Below, piece after piece: positions 59,001 to 64,000 of a stretch of DNA of 64,000 nt. Position 1 is the stretch's first letter, and every line of letters starts with the position of its first letter. The translations under genes were made by a program, and so were the position numbers. The notes under the pieces are model-generated. The model saw nothing but the letters and a program-made list of their open reading frames with translations. It was not told the origin of the DNA and made no database searches. This stretch comes from Antedon mediterranea (lineage: Eukaryota; Animalia; Echinodermata). Location: positions 14,162,371 through 14,226,370 of the forward strand of contig NC_092678.1 in assembly GCF_964355755.1 (NCBI RefSeq). Reading direction: 5' to 3'.

Positions 59001-62000
59001 ATATAATATTAAGTATAATTATGAATTCACCAACACTTTCAGGCTCAGGGCCGAGTTTGTGTAGACTAGACTTCCATGCACAGCCACATGTTAAGGAATA
59101 TGAATCTCTTTATGATTTTAATATGGTACGAAATGATATTACACAACAACGATTAGACAGCAACTGTGCAAGTGTCAAACTAATAAAATCGGAATGATCA
59201 ATTAATTGAACATTTACAGCATAAGGCCCTTACACTAGGACGATAACGATCGACGATAAATAGACAAATGTGCATTTTTAATACATAAACCAAAAGAAAT
59301 ATAAACAATTCCTTTGATGAAAATTATATTTTCACACGTCCAATCAAATGACGTCATGATTAGTAAGACCAATAATATCGTGACAATACAGCGATTTTAT
59401 TGTTTTTATTTATCATGACGTCATTTGATTGAAATTTGAAAAACATTATTTTTAGAACGAAAACCTTTCTAATTTCTTTTGGTTTATGTAAAAAAAAATG
59501 CATGCTATATATTTATCGTCTGTCGTTATCGTCATAGTGTAATTGGGCCTTTATACACAAAAAATAAATTGATTACGAAGTTACATGTCATTTTCACCTA
59601 TCACCAAAAAACTAACCTTTTCAAAACTAATTAATTGTTACGAAGCCAATTTATATTATATATTTCATTAAAACTGAACTTTACGGTAAATGAAGAGTAA
59701 GTATCAGTTAATATGAATAATATAACTAGTAGGTCTATGAACTTGCGTCCAGACACAGAACTGTGACATTACTATCATAAATGTTGAAACCACTTATAAA
59801 ACTTTTTTTTTTAAAGAAAATATAATTGTGTTAGGAGAAGGCTAATAAACAAATAGATAATGTTTAAACCTTTTTCTGGATTAATTGATGGAGCAGGCGT
59901 TCCTAATAATCTGCTGTAGACTGATTGTTCACCTTCTGACGATAATTGATTGGACCCCCCACGGCATCTGATAACCAACAAAACATTTACGAGGACTGTT
60001 TCAATGATTTAATATCTGACGGCGTATTATTATAACATTGGCCTAGATTGAAAGTCAAAGAAAGTCATTGTAAATACCTCCCTTTATGTTGACAGAGCCA
60101 AAATAAAGTTTTGACCATTATCGAATGATTATTTGACAGTGACTTATTATAATACCGGCCTGGTTGACAGCAAAAACGAAGTTATTATTTATTGATCAAG
60201 ATTTTACAGATTTCCGTCTACATCTCAATAATACTGTATTATCAGCAAAGGCTTTCATATAGACTCTCTTCTCCCAGACGTTTTTTGGGTCCAGCAGCTA
60301 CCTATAAATTATAGTCGAGTTTCCAAATTCACAAAACTGTCAGTCTTAGATACTAAAGCTACCGCTATGAAACAGCTTATTAATGAATGTGTCCTCCTGG
60401 GACATAACTGGCTAGAGCCGCGGAACGAAAAGTATTTACTAGAACGTTTTGCAAGCGTACATGTTTTCAAGTCGACTGCTTGTTAGTTACGTTGACGTTT
60501 GTCAGTACGGCATGATATATGTAACAAGTCAGATGTGTTGTAAATAAAGTACGAATGAATGTAGCTGATTTTTATTGTTTTTTACACTTTTGTCATAACA
60601 ATGTATAATTTACAACCATTATCAATGTGGCATGACCGAAAAATATGATTGCATTACAGCTGGAATTGATATTTATAAACTGCATTTTTTTTTATTTCTT
60701 TCTAGTCTGGATACACTCCATTACATGTGTATTTATTAAATGACAAACCTAAAGCAGAAATAGTGGCTCGTCTCACACGGCATGGCGCAGTAGTAACATC
60801 ACAACATAAGGTAACATACAATTATAGTAGGTATAATATGCCAGTATGAATTAAACATGTAATGTACACACAATTATACTGGTTGTTATTTTGAAAACAG
60901 CAGGCCTTTCTGTTCCAGCAAACATCTCTATTTCATTTATAATTTGTCATTATAATTAAAATTAATTATTTATAATTATTCATTGCGAATTTTAGAAGCA
61001 GTTATTGAATGAAACAGTAAACGAAGGCATGCCATAACCGACATGTGTTTTAGAAACAAAAATAATACATTACATCAAGTCAAGTAATATTAATTCACAC
61101 ATTGTAATACAATTATAGTAGCACTTTAATTTATCTGTCTAGTTTGTTTAAGTTTGTTTATATAATATAATAATTAACTCTTGAAATAATTTTATTTGGG
61201 TCCTATTTTAAAAAGGCGTATACAAGTAGACTGTTGCGTTGACGTTGGTCTGTTCGGTATGCTATGTAACAATCTATGTGTGGTAAATAATGTAAAAATG
61301 AATTTAGCTGAATTTTATTGTTTTGTACACTCAGAAGATTTTGTCATAACAATGTATAATTTACAACCATTATCAATGTGGCATGACCGAAATATATGAT
61401 CGCATTACAGCTAGAATTGATATTTACTACTACATGGTTATGATTTCTTTCTAGTATGGAAACACTCCACTACATTTGTATTTACGATGGTCCAATCCTA
61501 CAATAGAAATAGTGGATTATCTCGTACAACACGGCGCATCAGCAACGTCACGAAATATGGTAACATACAATTTTAGGAGGTCTATTATGCCAGTATTAAT
61601 GAAACATTATCGGTTCAAGCAAACATCTCTATTCCATTTATGACGCCTCTTTTATATTTAATATGAATTATTTAGAAGTAGGTATTACAAATTCAAAAAC
61701 AGTTATTAAATAAAAAATAAATTAATTAAAAACTGTATTATGCAGACATGCCATGATCGATATGTGTTTGTAAAAACAATTATTCCATAGTATAAGCATG
61801 GAGGTATAAAATAATACCTCCATGGTATAAGTAAGTGCGTCTCGCCAATTATGACGTCATATAATCGATTGTCATTCACACATTTGTACAATTATAGTAG
61901 TTCTTCAATTTAGTCTATTTTTTTAAGCTGGTTAGAATATAATTATTATTCTTGAACTAAATTCATTGGGTCTTAATTTAGCATTAAAAAAATATGAATA

Positions 62001-62828
62001 CATTACATGAATATGACTTCTTTCTAGTATGGAGACACTACACTACATAGGTATGTGCGATATTCTAACAGCAATAGTGACTTGTCTCACATAGTATGGC
62101 GCATCAGTAACATCACAACATGTTGTAATGTACATACAATCATAGTGGTATTTATGTCATTATTATGAAAACAGTATCTGTTCCAGCAAACATCTCTATT
62201 TCAATTATAATACGTAATTTATAATTAATATTAATTATTTTGAATTATATATTGCGAATTTTAGAAGCAGTTATTGAATAAAACAAGACATGAAGACATG
62301 CCATAACCGACATATATTTTTAGAAACAATATTACATTGCATAAAGTCAATTAATATTAATTCACACATTGTATTACAATTATAGTAGCACTTTAATTTA
62401 TCTGTCTAGGTTGTTTAAGTTGGTTTATATAATATAATAATCGACTTTTGAAATAATTTTATTTGGGTCCTATTTTATAAAGGCGTAGACAAGTAGACTG
62501 TTGCATTGACGCTGGTCTGTACGGCATGCTATATGTAACAAGCTATGTGTGGTAAATAATGTACAAATGAATTTGGCTGGCTTTTATTGTTTTGTACATT
62601 CAGAAGATTTTGTCATAACAATGTAGAATTTATAACCATTATCAATGTGACATGACCAAAATATATGATTACATTACAGTTGGAATTGATGTTTACTACT
62701 ACATGGTTATGATTTCTTTCTAGTATGGAGACACTCCACTACATGAGTATTTACAATGTGCCAACCCTAAAACAGAAATAGTGGATTATCTCGTACAACA
62801 CGGCGCAGAAGTAACGTTACGAAATAAG
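53088..62828 (+). CDS. Host ankyrin-repeat gene (3' end outside window). Exons 53088-53095 and 53218-53305, then 105-nt exons 54295-54399, 55099-55203, 56083-56187, 60706-60810, 61455-61559, 62724-62828
   Basis: Each 105-nt exon is bounded by TTTCTAG|...|GTAA, is phase 0 and encodes xGxTPLHxYLxxxxPxxEIVxxLxxxGA; upstream exons splice in frame (MSGLQDAFK...NKDE|FGYTPLH). Confidence 0.85.
53385..53688 (-). mobile_element. tRNA-derived SINE in ankyrin gene intron
   Basis: Minus strand GGAGCTGTGGTTTGGTGGTTA...GGGTTCAAGTCTCG head and A-rich tail. Confidence 0.7.
57679..57832. mobile_element. Short Harbinger-like MITE
   Basis: Imperfect inverted termini ...TCTACACT / AGTATAGACAGAGCT with internal inverted TGTGATGTGCCC. 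Confidence 0.5.
57860..58140. repeat. ~57-bp minisatellite, ~5 copies (related copy at 58690-58830)
   Basis: ACATTTTGAACGAAAGTATTTATTTGTTGATAAGCCCAATTTT repeated. Confidence 0.85.
59225..59549. mobile_element. Palindromic PIF/Harbinger-like MITE
   Basis: GGCCCTTACACTAGGACGATAACGA / TCGTTATCGTCATAGTGTAATTGGGCC; arms inverted over >100 bp; TAA on the left flank. Confidence 0.7.
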
Positions 62829-64000
62829 GTAACATACAATTTTCGGAGGTCTATTATGCCAGTATTAATGAAACATTATCTGTTCATGCAAACATCTCTA
62901 TTCTATTTATGACGTCTCTTTTATATATAATATGAATTATTTATTAGAAGTAGGTATTACAAATTCAAAAACAGTTATTAAATAAAAATAAATTAATTAA
63001 AAACTATATTATGCAGACATGCTATGAACGATATGTTTTTGTAAAAACAATTATTCCATGGTATAACTAAGTGCGTCTCGCCAATTATGACGTCATATAA
63101 TCGATTGTCATTCATACAACGATTTGCCCCAGATAGGGGTGTTTTTCGATCGTGGTATACACTGTCTAATGGATGTCCGTCTTGAAAAATACCCGCAGAC
63201 GATAATACGAGGATGCTTCGCATTTTCCTATCTCCTCCTACGATAATTGTTTTTAATGGCTGAAAACCGGTTGAACAGCTCGAGTACAGCATCATAATGT
63301 TGAAGACAGGCCGATTTTCTTTAAAAAAAATACTATTTTCATAGATTTAATATACGTTTATACAAATGTATTGATTTGCGATGAATGGAAAATTCCAATC
63401 TCTGTTCCACAAGTGTCTATTCCCTCAGGCGTCGTAAAGACAAGTACTTTATACTCATAACAGAAATTCGATCCATTTTTTTTTCAATCTGTGCTGCAGA
63501 GGTTGGATATACATTTTTTTAAACGGATAATAAAGAGCTAGCGTTTTCACTCGCCGTATATTATGTATAAATCTTTATTATTGCAGTTAAACCACCTACA
63601 TCATCACCCTTCCCTCACTGGCATGAGTAGCGTTGTAAAACCAGTAGAGGATAGGCCTACGGTACATCACATGCCTTAAACGCAGAACAACTTTGGTGGG
63701 TAGGGTAGGAACCAACTTAAGTATGAATTGGCTCTAAGAAACAATTGAAAACCATTAGGCCTACTAATTAAGTTGAGTTAGATAATTTAATATTTATTGA
63801 CGATTAAATCGAATTTATGATTTTCCCGAATAGAGGTGGTTTTCACAAATTGTTTTACATTATATAAACATATACACGTCGTAGTGATGTATCGTTACAT
63901 GTAGGGCCTACTGTACTATTTCAATCGACTAGGACGGTGATAGTTTCAACAAAGTATTACATCGCAATGTTTTACTGTGTTTAGTGGTATATTATTTGTA

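Larger units (their letters stand above)
55394..62124 (+). pseudogene. Three frameshifted ankyrin pseudo-exons (55394-~55487, 56617-56713, 62028-62124)
   Basis: Same acceptor context but a shared 8-nt deletion (97 nt versus 105) and a TAG in the ancestral frame. Confidence 0.75.

Noticed and set aside
36176-63295. Short AT-rich ORFs in the host half
   Set aside because: Low-complexity F/I/L/Y-rich chance frames or repeat-derived; real coding signal there is in short exons

Overview
Eukaryotic genomic DNA from an AT-rich invertebrate (echinoderm-like by repeat content; inference). It has two very different halves. Bases 1 to about 35,800 look like the right-hand part of a large integrated herpes-like DNA virus (Duplodnaviria/HK97-fold lineage). 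This part has dense, mostly intronless, CpG-rich genes: an assemblin-type capsid maturation protease with a scaffold tail, a short family-B DNA polymerase with a degenerate proofreading domain, a spliced ~1,410-aa MCM-like AAA+ helicase, and two paralogous divergent protein kinases. It also carries captured host-control genes (CARD-caspase, 3xBIR-UBA-RING IAP, TNIP2/CEP55-like, AlkB-like), direct-repeat-flanked gene cassettes and a 5.5-kb array of ~1-kb repeats. The element runs off the left edge; no major capsid protein, terminase, portal, integrase or transposase is recognisable in this window. Bases ~36,000-64,000 are ordinary host DNA: decayed LINEs, tRNA-derived SINEs, CMC/EnSpm-, Kolobok- and Harbinger-like non-autonomous elements, and an ankyrin-repeat gene built from tandemly duplicated 105-nt phase-0 exons. 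All calls are from motif reading by eye; no database search was run.
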